DNA from: Promethearchaeota archaeon
GTDB taxonomy: Archaea > Asgardarchaeota > Lokiarchaeia > Sigyniarchaeales > SOKP01
Reading direction: 5' to 3'
Assembly (NCBI GenBank): GCA_048938895.1
Contig: JBHLLU010000045.1
Location: 1 to 24,397 of the forward strand
Length of the DNA: 24,397 nucleotides
In this document: in pieces, positions 1 to 8,255 of the stretch
Layout of the letters: every line of letters begins with the position of its first letter
How positions within the stretch are numbered: the stretch's first letter is position 1
Translations under genes and position numbers: made by a program
Notes under the pieces: generated by a model
What the model was told of the DNA's origin: nothing
What the model saw: the letters and a program-made list of their open reading frames with translations, nothing else
Databases searched by the model: none

Positions 1-2
1 TC

Positions 3-725
3 ATCCTTTTGTCTCTAGGTTTAATATTGCCTCTTGGGATGATGTATCTAGCTGGAAATAAAGATCATGAAAAAGCAGAATCTGATAAAAAATGGTTAAA
101 ATTAGCAATAATATTATTTTTGATCGCCAACGGAATACCTATAATATTTTATGTTGTTCTTGGGATTTCACCGGGATTTTTTCTATATATTCAATTGATT
201 TTATTTGGATTAATTCCTGCTTTCTTCATTCAACCTAAAAAGATGAGACATCGGGTTTTTGTCTTAGTGATATTCTATGCAGTTGTAATAGTTCCTATTG
301 GCATTCTCGTGAATATTACAATAGATGATATTTGGGCTAAAGAGATGACAATTGGTACTGCAGATAAGACTTTGTACTATTTATCTTTCTGGGGATTGTT
401 GATGACATTTTTTTATCTTCTTGTTGCTATTGGCTGGAAGTTAGGTGGAGGAAGTAAACGACAGAGTTGGAATATCTTTATTGCTGGAACGCTTTTGCAA
501 TATAGCACTCTTGAAGACTTTTTTTATTTTATATTAAATGGACAAAATCTCCCAGGGGAATGGGAATGGATGAGTAATTTTGTAATAAATTTGACAGCTC
601 TTTTTGGTCATATACCAACTGATATGGATATTCTCATTTTTTTTGTGATCATTTGTCTAATTGCAATTTTTATCCTATTCGATGGTCATGGTTATATATG
701 GAAAAAAATTAAGGATAGATCTTAA
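3..725 (+). CDS. Polytopic membrane protein, hypothetical; probably 5'-truncated by the window edge
   Basis: Frame is open from position 3 (atc ctt ttg...) to TAA at 723-725. About 6-7 hydrophobic segments; no recognised catalytic motif. Confidence 0.75.
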   Translation: MLLSLGLILPLGMMYLAGNKDHEKAESDKKWLKLAIILFLIANGIPIIFYVVLGISPGFFLYIQLILFGLIPAFFIQPKKMRHRVFVLVIFYAVVIVPIGILVNITIDDIWAKEMTIGTADKTLYYLSFWGLLMTFFYLLVAIGWKLGGGSKRQSWNIFIAGTLLQYSTLEDFFYFILNGQNLPGEWEWMSNFVINLTALFGHIPTDMDILIFFVIICLIAIFILFDGHGYIWKKIKDRS

Positions 726-756
726 AACCTTATTATTTAATTTTATCTAATTTAAA

Positions 757-1269
757 TTAAATAAAACTTATAGCAATTATAATTAGAATTGTATTAATAA
801 TAAAGCCTAAAATGCCCAAAATGTTGCCTGCCTTCAGAATTGAGCTTTCTGCTTCTAGTTTTTTGGCATTTATATAACTTATTCTATTAAAGATTGCAAA
901 AATTATACCTATTGCATGTGCAATAGTTAAACCCATGAATATTCTGCTAGAAGGGGTATAATAATATGAGCTGTCTAAAACAATACTTGATCCAATATTA
1001 AATGATATTATACCAATTACTAGACAGACTATACCAAATCCTAAGCATCGTTTTGAATAAGGATTATAATTCTCTTTTTTAATTTGAGTATGACTTATAC
1101 TTTGATATTGTGGTGGAGTTGTAGATAATGGTTTATAAGGATCTCTTATAGGACTTAATTGAGAGCTATAAGAAATGCTTCTAATTTCTCTTCCACAATT
1201 CTGACAAAATCTCTGATTATCTATCTCAAGTTCTGACCCACAATTTTTACAATACATAATAGTTTTCAA
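757..1269 (-). CDS. Zinc-ribbon membrane protein (N-terminal double CxxC, three C-terminal TM helices)
   Basis: YCKNCG...FCQNCG zinc ribbon, an S/P/Q-rich linker, then three hydrophobic helices. ATG at 1257 (MYCKNCG) is an alternative start to TTG at 1269. Confidence 0.8.
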   Translation of the reverse strand: MKTIMYCKNCGSELEIDNQRFCQNCGREIRSISYSSQLSPIRDPYKPLSTTPPQYQSISHTQIKKENYNPYSKRCLGFGIVCLVIGIISFNIGSSIVLDSSYYYTPSSRIFMGLTIAHAIGIIFAIFNRISYINAKKLEAESSILKAGNILGILGFIINTILIIIAISFI

Positions 1270-1395
1270 TAAAAATTAATTTGGAATAAACAAATAATAT
1301 TAACTTCTTTAAATTAACAATTATTTATATAATTCTATGCAATAAATCTTGATTTATCTAACAATAAGCTTAGATTCAAAATTCTGGTTATCATT

Positions 1396-2871
1396 TTGAA
1401 AAATTATGATGTATTATTCATTCATCCCCCTCGTGTTTTAAATCCAGATCAAAATAAAAGAGGAAAATCTGTAAGAAGTTCATATTTATTTATTCCAATG
1501 GGAGTATTTGCTATAGCTGATTTCCTTGAAAGAGATGGATATGGGGTAAATATTGTAAATTATCCTCTCGAAAAATGCATAAATCCTAGCTGGTCTATAA
1601 GAGAATACCTTAAGTCTATTGATTTTAAAATTTGTGCGATAGACTTACACTGGATACATAATGCTCACGGAGCAATTGTAATTGCTCAAATCGCAAAGGA
1701 ATTAAATCCTCATGCTAAAGTAATACTCGGAGGATTTAGTGCATCATATTTTCATACTCAAATTTTGAAATATTATCGATCAATTGATGGAATAATAAGA
1801 GGAGAAGGAGAGGTACCACTTTTAAAATATGTTCAATGTTTTAACAAGAACCACTCTCTTGATTCTGTTCCAAATTTAACATATCGGAGTGCTTTAAACC
1901 ACATAAAAACTAATCCTCTTTCATATACAGCAAAAACTTTAGATGATTTAAATTTTACAAATTTTTCACTCTTAAAAAATGCTAAACACTACATCGAAGA
2001 TAGTAATAAAATTATGGGAATCTCTGTCAATATTCAAATAGGAAGGGGTTGTCCTTTTAACTGTCCTTTTTGTGGAGGAGGTCAGAGAGCTTTAGAGCAT
2101 TTAGCAGGTCGAAATAAGGTCATTTTGAGGAATCCTGAAAAAGTAGTAAGCGATATTAAATATATTAAAGATAATTATAATGCTAAAAATTTATTTTTTG
2201 GACATGGGGCTTATCCTGCTAATTTAGAATATTGGAGAACCTTATTTAGTTTAATTCAAAAAGAAAATATTGACATAGGGGGAGATCTAGAAATTTGGAG
2301 ATTACCTTTCCCAAAAGAAATGTGGAAAATATTTTCTAAAACCTTTTCTCGTAATTTTTCATCCATATCTATTTCTCCGAGAACATTATCATCTAAAGTT
2401 CATCAAAAAATAGCTAAAATTTGTGATCCAACTTTTAATTTTTCAGAGAATCAAATTAATGACTTAATAAAAAATGCAAATTATTTTCTAAGAACATTAA
2501 GAATTTGGCTTACCGTAGGATATCCTTTCCAAACTAAGAGGGATGTTCAAAAAGATTTTAATTTTGCACTCAAATGCACATTAAAATATGGAAAGTCAAA
2601 TTCAAAACCGATCGCTATTATGAATGAACCTTACCATATTTTCCCCGGTTCTCCTGCATTTGAATCCCCCGAATCTTTTGATATTAAATTGAAGCTAAAC
2701 TCCTTTCCACAACTTGAAAGATTTTTTGAACAGACTAAAATGTCATTTTTCTTTAATGCTTTAAATTATTATACAAAAAATTTTTCTGGGGCATCTATTC
2801 GCACCTTGAATATGCTTTTATTTTTAAATTCAGCACTCACCTTATTTACTACAGGCTCTAAATATTCTTGA
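1396..2871 (+). CDS. Cobalamin(B12)-binding domain radical SAM protein
   Basis: N-terminal B12-binding-like region (PMGVFAIADFL, IDLHW, ILGGFSAS, IIRGEGE) and GRGCPFNCPFC (CxxxCxxC). TTG start. Confidence 0.9.
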   Translation: MKNYDVLFIHPPRVLNPDQNKRGKSVRSSYLFIPMGVFAIADFLERDGYGVNIVNYPLEKCINPSWSIREYLKSIDFKICAIDLHWIHNAHGAIVIAQIAKELNPHAKVILGGFSASYFHTQILKYYRSIDGIIRGEGEVPLLKYVQCFNKNHSLDSVPNLTYRSALNHIKTNPLSYTAKTLDDLNFTNFSLLKNAKHYIEDSNKIMGISVNIQIGRGCPFNCPFCGGGQRALEHLAGRNKVILRNPEKVVSDIKYIKDNYNAKNLFFGHGAYPANLEYWRTLFSLIQKENIDIGGDLEIWRLPFPKEMWKIFSKTFSRNFSSISISPRTLSSKVHQKIAKICDPTFNFSENQINDLIKNANYFLRTLRIWLTVGYPFQTKRDVQKDFNFALKCTLKYGKSNSKPIAIMNEPYHIFPGSPAFESPESFDIKLKLNSFPQLERFFEQTKMSFFFNALNYYTKNFSGASIRTLNMLLFLNSALTLFTTGSKYS

Positions 2872-2957
2872 GTAAAAGAAATCAGAGTTAATAATCTAAG
2901 TTAATTCGAAATTTTTAAATAGAATTTAATTTTATAATTAAGAATACAAGATTTTGA

Positions 2958-3686
2958 TTGAAAGATACACTATTTAGCAAAATAAAAAGACCTAAATATA
3001 TGAAATCTAGCCAAAAGAATAAAATATTAAAAGATCTATTAATAATCATTATTTTTATTGCGACTATTCCAATTACCTTAGTTTATATGTTTATAAAGGA
3101 TTTTTCAACATTCAATTCTTTTATATATGATTACTTGACTTCCGGTAACTCGTTTTTCTTTCCATTTATTAAATCCGATAATATAATATTCCAATTCTCT
3201 TCGGGTCACTTGATTGACATCATTATTTTTATTAATATCACGGGAATTGTTGAAAGACTCAGTTATCAATATTACATGGCTATTATATTAAAAAATAATT
3301 TTTATGATTTTAGTACAGATTTATATCCTCTTGAATTTAAAGGATCAGAAGAAGAATTATTTCCTCTTTCAGATTTAACAATAAACTTGGAAGAGTGTTC
3401 AAGTATTGCTATGAATTCTAATACTCAAGCTAATTGTTTATTTAAAAAATATCGGTTTCGCTCCATTCAATTATCTGGTAAGAGTAGATATCATTTTAGT
3501 ATTAATCAGATGAAATATCATAGAAGTTGTTTACATAATTATAAATGTGATCAATCCAAAAATAGTTATTCTACATTTAAAGAACTGATAACTAATTTTT
3601 TATTAAATATTTACCTTCCTTCTAAAAATAATAGCATTTCCTCTTCTTTTAATGAAAACAACATACAGAAGGGGGGAATTAAATAA
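2958..3686 (+). CDS. Hypothetical protein with an N-terminal TM helix
   Basis: 242-codon ORF with hydrophobic LLIIIIFIATIPITLVYMF. No motif recognised and composition is low-complexity. ATG at 3000 is an alternative start. Confidence 0.5.
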   Translation: MKDTLFSKIKRPKYMKSSQKNKILKDLLIIIIFIATIPITLVYMFIKDFSTFNSFIYDYLTSGNSFFFPFIKSDNIIFQFSSGHLIDIIIFINITGIVERLSYQYYMAIILKNNFYDFSTDLYPLEFKGSEEELFPLSDLTINLEECSSIAMNSNTQANCLFKKYRFRSIQLSGKSRYHFSINQMKYHRSCLHNYKCDQSKNSYSTFKELITNFLLNIYLPSKNNSISSSFNENNIQKGGIK

Positions 3687-3766
3687 TGAAATATTACTTT
3701 TCTACAAATTTTATTATAACACAAAAATCTAAACTTTTTTCTAATGGAACTTATAAAAAAAGATGA
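3686..3766 (+). CDS. Candidate 26-aa small ORF MKYYFSTNFIITQKSKLFSNGTYKKR
   Basis: Its ATG overlaps the upstream stop (TAATG) and follows GGGGGGAATT at 3671-3680. Its TGA overlaps the ATG at 3763 (ATGA). Too short for the ORF track; no homology support. Confidence 0.3.
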   Translation: MKYYFSTNFIITQKSKLFSNGTYKKR

Positions 3767-5139
3767 ATAAGATGGAATGGAATAAAGAAATTGAAGATTT
3801 GTTTCAAAAAATAACTGATTTAACCCCTGACGCATTTCGACCTTCGGTTAAACCAATGCTGCGTGAAGCTTCTGAAAAGACAGCTCGGTTACGAAATTCT
3901 GGTTTTATTAGTAAAGATGATTTATTATCTGCTTTATTTGAGATAACCCCAGAAGCGTTTCAACCGACTGTTGTGGAAGATTTGAAAACAATCGGAATTG
4001 ATTCAACACGATATATTCAATTATCATCAATTAGGAAAGAATATGCAAGAACTTGGGATGAGATTGGAGCTGCATTTCTTCCTGGTGTTTATCATTTTAC
4101 TATTTATCTAACAGATAGATGCAATCAAAAATGCCAACATTGTGCTGCGGGAATCATGGATCATCGCCCAGAGTTATCAACAGAACAATGGATAAAGATT
4201 ATTGAGAATGTTGAACAAACTCTGCGAAAAATTGGGCGGCGTGGGTGTTATATTTGGTTTGGAGGTGAACCTACTCTCCGAAAAGATCTGAAAGATCTAA
4301 TAAAATACTGCGGAGAGAAGGGTTATTATCAAGCTATATCTACAAATGGTATGCTGTATGATGAGGAACTGGCAAAACTATGTGCAGAAGTTAAAATGAG
4401 TCATACTTTTATTAGCTATGACAGTGTTTATCCAGAGAGGGCTGCAAAAATTCGAGGTGTACCAAACGCATATGAAGCTGCTGAGAAAGCAATTAAACTA
4501 GCGTTGAAATACGGACATTTTGTTATTTGTACAGAGACAGTTCAAAAAGATAATTTTGATGAGATTGATAAAATAAAAGAAAAATTAGAATCCATGGGAA
4601 TAATTCCTTATTTCCGAGCAATTATAAAACAAAGAACAGCAGATATTAATTGGGATGAAATTGGATTATCTCATGATGAATATGTCCAATTTTATAATTT
4701 TAAGTATAAGAATGTCGTAGATGCAATCAGAAAAGGTGAGGGTTCTTCTCTTAACAAATTTTATACTTATGACATGGTTCCATTTATGGAATGTCCTGTA
4801 AATGATAAAGAACGAACTGCTCTCGAATGGGGTGTAGGATGTCAAGCGTGTCGCTCAGTTTCGGGTATTGATGTTAATGGGGATTTTTTTCCTTGTGATT
4901 ATCCTTCAAATTTAACATTGGGTAATGTTCTAGAACAACCATTTGAAGTAATTATGGAATCTGAAATGTTTAAAGCCATAAGAGATCGTAAAATAAAAGG
5001 TAGATGCTCAACTTGCCATCACCTTGAATTATGCGGTGGTGGTTGTCGCGTGCACGCCGAGAATATAACTGGAGATTTTCTTGAATCTCTTCCTTTTTGT
5101 TGGCATGATGATGACCATCAACATGACATAAATGCATAA
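3763..5139 (+). CDS. Radical SAM/SPASM protein (NirJ/AhbC/D/PqqE-like) with N-terminal DUF2621/PCP_red-like module
   Basis: TDRCNQKCQHC (CxxxCxxC), FGGEPTLR, ISTNG; SPASM cysteines GCQAC...GDFFPC...CSTCHHLELCGGGCR...PFCW. The start may be ATG 3772 (MEW), by analogy with the neighbouring genes. Confidence 0.93.
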   Translation: MNKMEWNKEIEDLFQKITDLTPDAFRPSVKPMLREASEKTARLRNSGFISKDDLLSALFEITPEAFQPTVVEDLKTIGIDSTRYIQLSSIRKEYARTWDEIGAAFLPGVYHFTIYLTDRCNQKCQHCAAGIMDHRPELSTEQWIKIIENVEQTLRKIGRRGCYIWFGGEPTLRKDLKDLIKYCGEKGYYQAISTNGMLYDEELAKLCAEVKMSHTFISYDSVYPERAAKIRGVPNAYEAAEKAIKLALKYGHFVICTETVQKDNFDEIDKIKEKLESMGIIPYFRAIIKQRTADINWDEIGLSHDEYVQFYNFKYKNVVDAIRKGEGSSLNKFYTYDMVPFMECPVNDKERTALEWGVGCQACRSVSGIDVNGDFFPCDYPSNLTLGNVLEQPFEVIMESEMFKAIRDRKIKGRCSTCHHLELCGGGCRVHAENITGDFLESLPFCWHDDDHQHDINA

Positions 5140-5140
5140 C

Positions 5141-5148
5141 GGGGAATT
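5141..5148 (+). promoter_or_regulatory. Putative Shine-Dalgarno-like site (GGGGAATT) before the second radical SAM
   Basis: GGGGA at 5141-5145, 5 nt before ATG 5151. Confidence 0.45.
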
Positions 5149-5150
5149 TT

Positions 5151-6551
5151 ATGGAATGGGAAGAAGAAACTAAAGGATTGTTTAAGAGAATAGTAGAGCA
5201 AATGCCACAGGGATTTCGACCATCTGTTGAACCTATGATTGTTAAAGCTGCTGAGAAGAGATGTCTTGAAAGAAATGGTGCCTATATTAATGATGCTGAT
5301 GTGGTTACAGGAATTTTTGACATTATTCCAGAGGTATTTAAACCTATTATGATAGAAGATTTAAAATCACTAAATATTGATGTAGAACGATATATTGAGC
5401 TAAAAGAACTAAAGGATAGACTTAAAGTTTCATGGGAAAAACTTGAAAGAGGCTTTCATCCTGGAAACATTCATTTTGCTCTATATGTAACAGATAGATG
5501 TAATCAAAAATGTCTTCACTGCGCTGCTGATGATCACATACCGAGGCCAGAATTATCAACAAAACAATGGTGTCAAATCATAGAAAACTTAGAAACTGGT
5601 TTACGAAAACAAGGAAGACATGGATGTTACGTTTGGTTTGGAGGGGAGCCAACATTACGCAGTGATATCGGTGAAATCATGAAATTTTGTAATGATAAAG
5701 ACTACATCCACGCTCTAATCACAAACGGTGTAAACTTTAATGATAAATTCGCTAAAATGTGCAAGGAAAATAATATCAGTCATATATTTATCAGTTTTGA
5801 TAGTGCTGATCCTAAGAAAAATGATAAAATTCGCGGATTTCCTAATTCTTTAGATTATGCACATAAAGCAATTAATCTATGCTTAAAATATGGGATCTTT
5901 GTTTGTTCTTCAATTACTGTAATGAAACAAAATATTAATGAGTTAGAAGAGCTAAAATCCCTATCAGAAAAATGGGGTTCACAACCATATTTTAGATGTG
6001 TAGTAAAACAAAATCGAGCTGCTGAATATTGGGATGAAATTGGGCTTAGTACAGAAGAATATAAGAAAATGTATGATTTCAAATATAAACATGCAGTTGA
6101 GACAATAAGAATAGGCAACGCTGGTACTCTACCTGCTTATGAAATTTACGATATGGTACCCTTTATGGAACAACCTAAAAATGACAAAGAATTGACTGCT
6201 ATTGAATGGGGTGTGGGATGTTTAGCTTGTAGAACGATGATGGGTATCGGTATAGACGGTACAATATACCCTGCAGGATATCCTACAACTTTAACACTTG
6301 GTAATGCTTTAAAAGATAATTTTGAGGATGTTCTTAATTCTCAGCTCTATAAAGACATTCGTGATAGAAAAAAGATAACAGGAAAATGTGCTTCTTGTCA
6401 CCATCTAAAATACTGCGGTGGAGGATGTCGAGTGACAGCAGAATATATTACAGGCGACTTTTTTGGGTCGTTTCCATTTTGTTGGCATGAAATGGATCAT
6501 GTTCATGAAGTTGAACTTGTTGAAAAAGAAGAAATTGGTTTAATCGAATAA
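5151..6551 (+). CDS. Radical SAM/SPASM protein, tandem paralogue of 3763..5139, with N-terminal DUF2621/PCP_red-like module
   Basis: TDRCNQKCLHC, FGGEPTLR, ITNG, GCLAC, CASCHHLKYCGGGCR, PFCW. Collinear with the upstream paralogue over its full length. Confidence 0.93.
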   Translation: MEWEEETKGLFKRIVEQMPQGFRPSVEPMIVKAAEKRCLERNGAYINDADVVTGIFDIIPEVFKPIMIEDLKSLNIDVERYIELKELKDRLKVSWEKLERGFHPGNIHFALYVTDRCNQKCLHCAADDHIPRPELSTKQWCQIIENLETGLRKQGRHGCYVWFGGEPTLRSDIGEIMKFCNDKDYIHALITNGVNFNDKFAKMCKENNISHIFISFDSADPKKNDKIRGFPNSLDYAHKAINLCLKYGIFVCSSITVMKQNINELEELKSLSEKWGSQPYFRCVVKQNRAAEYWDEIGLSTEEYKKMYDFKYKHAVETIRIGNAGTLPAYEIYDMVPFMEQPKNDKELTAIEWGVGCLACRTMMGIGIDGTIYPAGYPTTLTLGNALKDNFEDVLNSQLYKDIRDRKKITGKCASCHHLKYCGGGCRVTAEYITGDFFGSFPFCWHEMDHVHEVELVEKEEIGLIE

Positions 6552-6610
6552 AGGATTTGCTGAATTGAGTCAAAAGGAAATATCAAAATTAAAAAGAGTT
6601 TAATAAGAAA

Positions 6611-7777
6611 ATGGAATGGCAATCAAAAATTAAACAATTGTATGAAGATATGGTCTCGAAGATTCCAGAGATGGTAAGACCTGTTATAAAACCTATGCTT
6701 CTTGAAAAATCAGAAAAAAAATGCATTGAACGAAATGGAAAAAGCATTACTGAAATGGATTTGGTAGTGGCATTATTTGAGGTTACACCTCCAGCATTTC
6801 AACCAACCATGATTAAAGATTTGAAAGCACTGGGGGTTGATCTTGATTTATATCTACCGAAAGTGAATTCTGATTTTAAACTTAAAAATGATCTGAATCA
6901 AATGGTTAAAGATATTCATACTCTATGCAACCTTACTGGTGTAAATTTTAATGAAGAAGCTATTTGGAGAGGTCTCAATGCTTATAAAAAATTTTATTCC
7001 GGTTCCTCTCTATCCATTAGAACCACAACCAAACCAGTTGAAAAAAGAGATATTTCTGTAAGATATGTAGAAATGATGATCCCTCATAACCCTGATCCTT
7101 ATACAATCGCTCTCAGGGAAGGATTGATTAAAAAAAATGGTCATCCAATTCATAAAATGATATTAGAAGCATTCGATACGTTTGATATGATGGGTTATGG
7201 TGTGGATATTGATGCTAGAAAAGGACTCTCGAAAATATGGCCTTTTATTATACCGGGATCAATTGAACCCCTCTTTTCAATGAAATTCATACCTGAAACT
7301 ATCAAAAAATATGAGAGTTATTTCAAAAACCATAAATTGACAACATTAGCACTCTTCGCTTTTGATTTTTTACACAATACCACAAATATCTACTTCATGT
7401 TAAAGGATCCCTCAACGACAACTAATGATAAATGCAGAAGGCTTATAGAAGATTTAGGTTTCAGAGTTCCATCAGAAGAATTATTGAATTATTGTAGGAA
7501 TGCAGTGCATCTTAATTATACCTTTAGTTGGGATTCTGAAAAAATCGAACGACTATGCTTCGGTGTAGCATGTCATAATGCTAGGGAAGTTCCTATTCAT
7601 CTTCATCCTTTAATGCAAAAATTTATTAAGGGATCTCCTTTCCAAAGTGAAGTCCATAAGTTTATTTACGGTATTACTTTCACACCAGATGGTCTTTATT
7701 ACAAGATCGAAAATGATTATAATGGAACTATGGTAGATTTCTTGCTAATGGGCGCAAAAGCAGGATTAGCATTTTAA
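6611..7777 (+). CDS. ABBA-family soluble aromatic prenyltransferase (NphB/CloQ/Orf2-like PT-barrel) with N-terminal DUF2621/PCP_red-like module
   Basis: Segments match PTase_Orf2 family patterns in the expected order: SIRTTT..RDISVRY, NPDPY, GYGVDIDARKGLSKIWPF, AFDFLHNTTNIYF, YTFSWDSEKIERLCF, FIYGITFTPDGLYYKIENDY (compare NphB GGFKKTYAF, MDYKKRQVNLYF, TLNWETGKIDRLCF, YGLTLS...YYKL, recalled from memory). Confidence 0.85.
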   Translation: MEWQSKIKQLYEDMVSKIPEMVRPVIKPMLLEKSEKKCIERNGKSITEMDLVVALFEVTPPAFQPTMIKDLKALGVDLDLYLPKVNSDFKLKNDLNQMVKDIHTLCNLTGVNFNEEAIWRGLNAYKKFYSGSSLSIRTTTKPVEKRDISVRYVEMMIPHNPDPYTIALREGLIKKNGHPIHKMILEAFDTFDMMGYGVDIDARKGLSKIWPFIIPGSIEPLFSMKFIPETIKKYESYFKNHKLTTLALFAFDFLHNTTNIYFMLKDPSTTTNDKCRRLIEDLGFRVPSEELLNYCRNAVHLNYTFSWDSEKIERLCFGVACHNAREVPIHLHPLMQKFIKGSPFQSEVHKFIYGITFTPDGLYYKIENDYNGTMVDFLLMGAKAGLAF

Positions 7778-7832
7778 AAATTATTTTTTAATGATTATAA
7801 AAAAAAAATACAAAAATAAAATATTTAAAAAA

Positions 7833-7839
7833 AGGAGGT
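7833..7839 (+). promoter_or_regulatory. Shine-Dalgarno site AGGAGGT for the SCP2 gene
   Basis: Near-perfect SD 10 nt upstream of ATG 7850. Confidence 0.65.
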
Positions 7840-7849
7840 AAAAAATAAA

Positions 7850-8239
7850 ATGGATACAAGAGAAGAATGGGAAGCATATCTTGATAACTTCATGAGAGCA
7901 TACAATGAATTACCCGAATTATCAGCGCTATTAAAGCCAATAGCGCCATTAGTTTTCCAATACAAAATTAATGATCGTCCCGAGATGGACTATTGGCAAT
8001 ATATCGAAGAAGATAAAATGAACTGGGGAATGGGTGAATATACTGGTCCCGATGTACCAAAAGTTATTCATAAAACGAGTTTTGAAGTTATTAAGAAAGT
8101 GAATTCGGGAGAGACGAATCCTATTGAAGCAACAATGGCTGGGACTTATGATGTTGATGGAGACCCTTCTAAACTCATGGCATGTGCACCATTATTACCA
8201 CTTAATGCAAAAGCTCATGAAAAAGCTATTCAAAAGTAA
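7850..8239 (+). CDS. SCP2 (sterol carrier protein 2-like) lipid-binding domain protein
   Basis: 129 aa; C-terminal signature SGETNPIEATMAGTYDVDGDPSKLM matches the SCP2 pattern G.l.p..Afm.Gk.kv.GD..k.m. Strong SD. Confidence 0.8.
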   Translation: MDTREEWEAYLDNFMRAYNELPELSALLKPIAPLVFQYKINDRPEMDYWQYIEEDKMNWGMGEYTGPDVPKVIHKTSFEVIKKVNSGETNPIEATMAGTYDVDGDPSKLMACAPLLPLNAKAHEKAIQK

Positions 8240-8255
8240 AAATAAGGTGAGATAG

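Noticed and set aside
3611-3835. 74-aa minus-strand ORF
   Set aside because: Antisense to two plus-strand ORFs, with no motif; probably a shadow ORF.
5855-6118. 87-aa minus-strand ORF
   Set aside because: Lies wholly antisense within the well-supported rSAM2 gene.
3763-6551. Naming the pair ahbC/ahbD, nirJ or pqqE
   Set aside because: Only generic SPASM motifs are shared; no heme or PQQ pathway genes are nearby and the N-terminal module is atypical.
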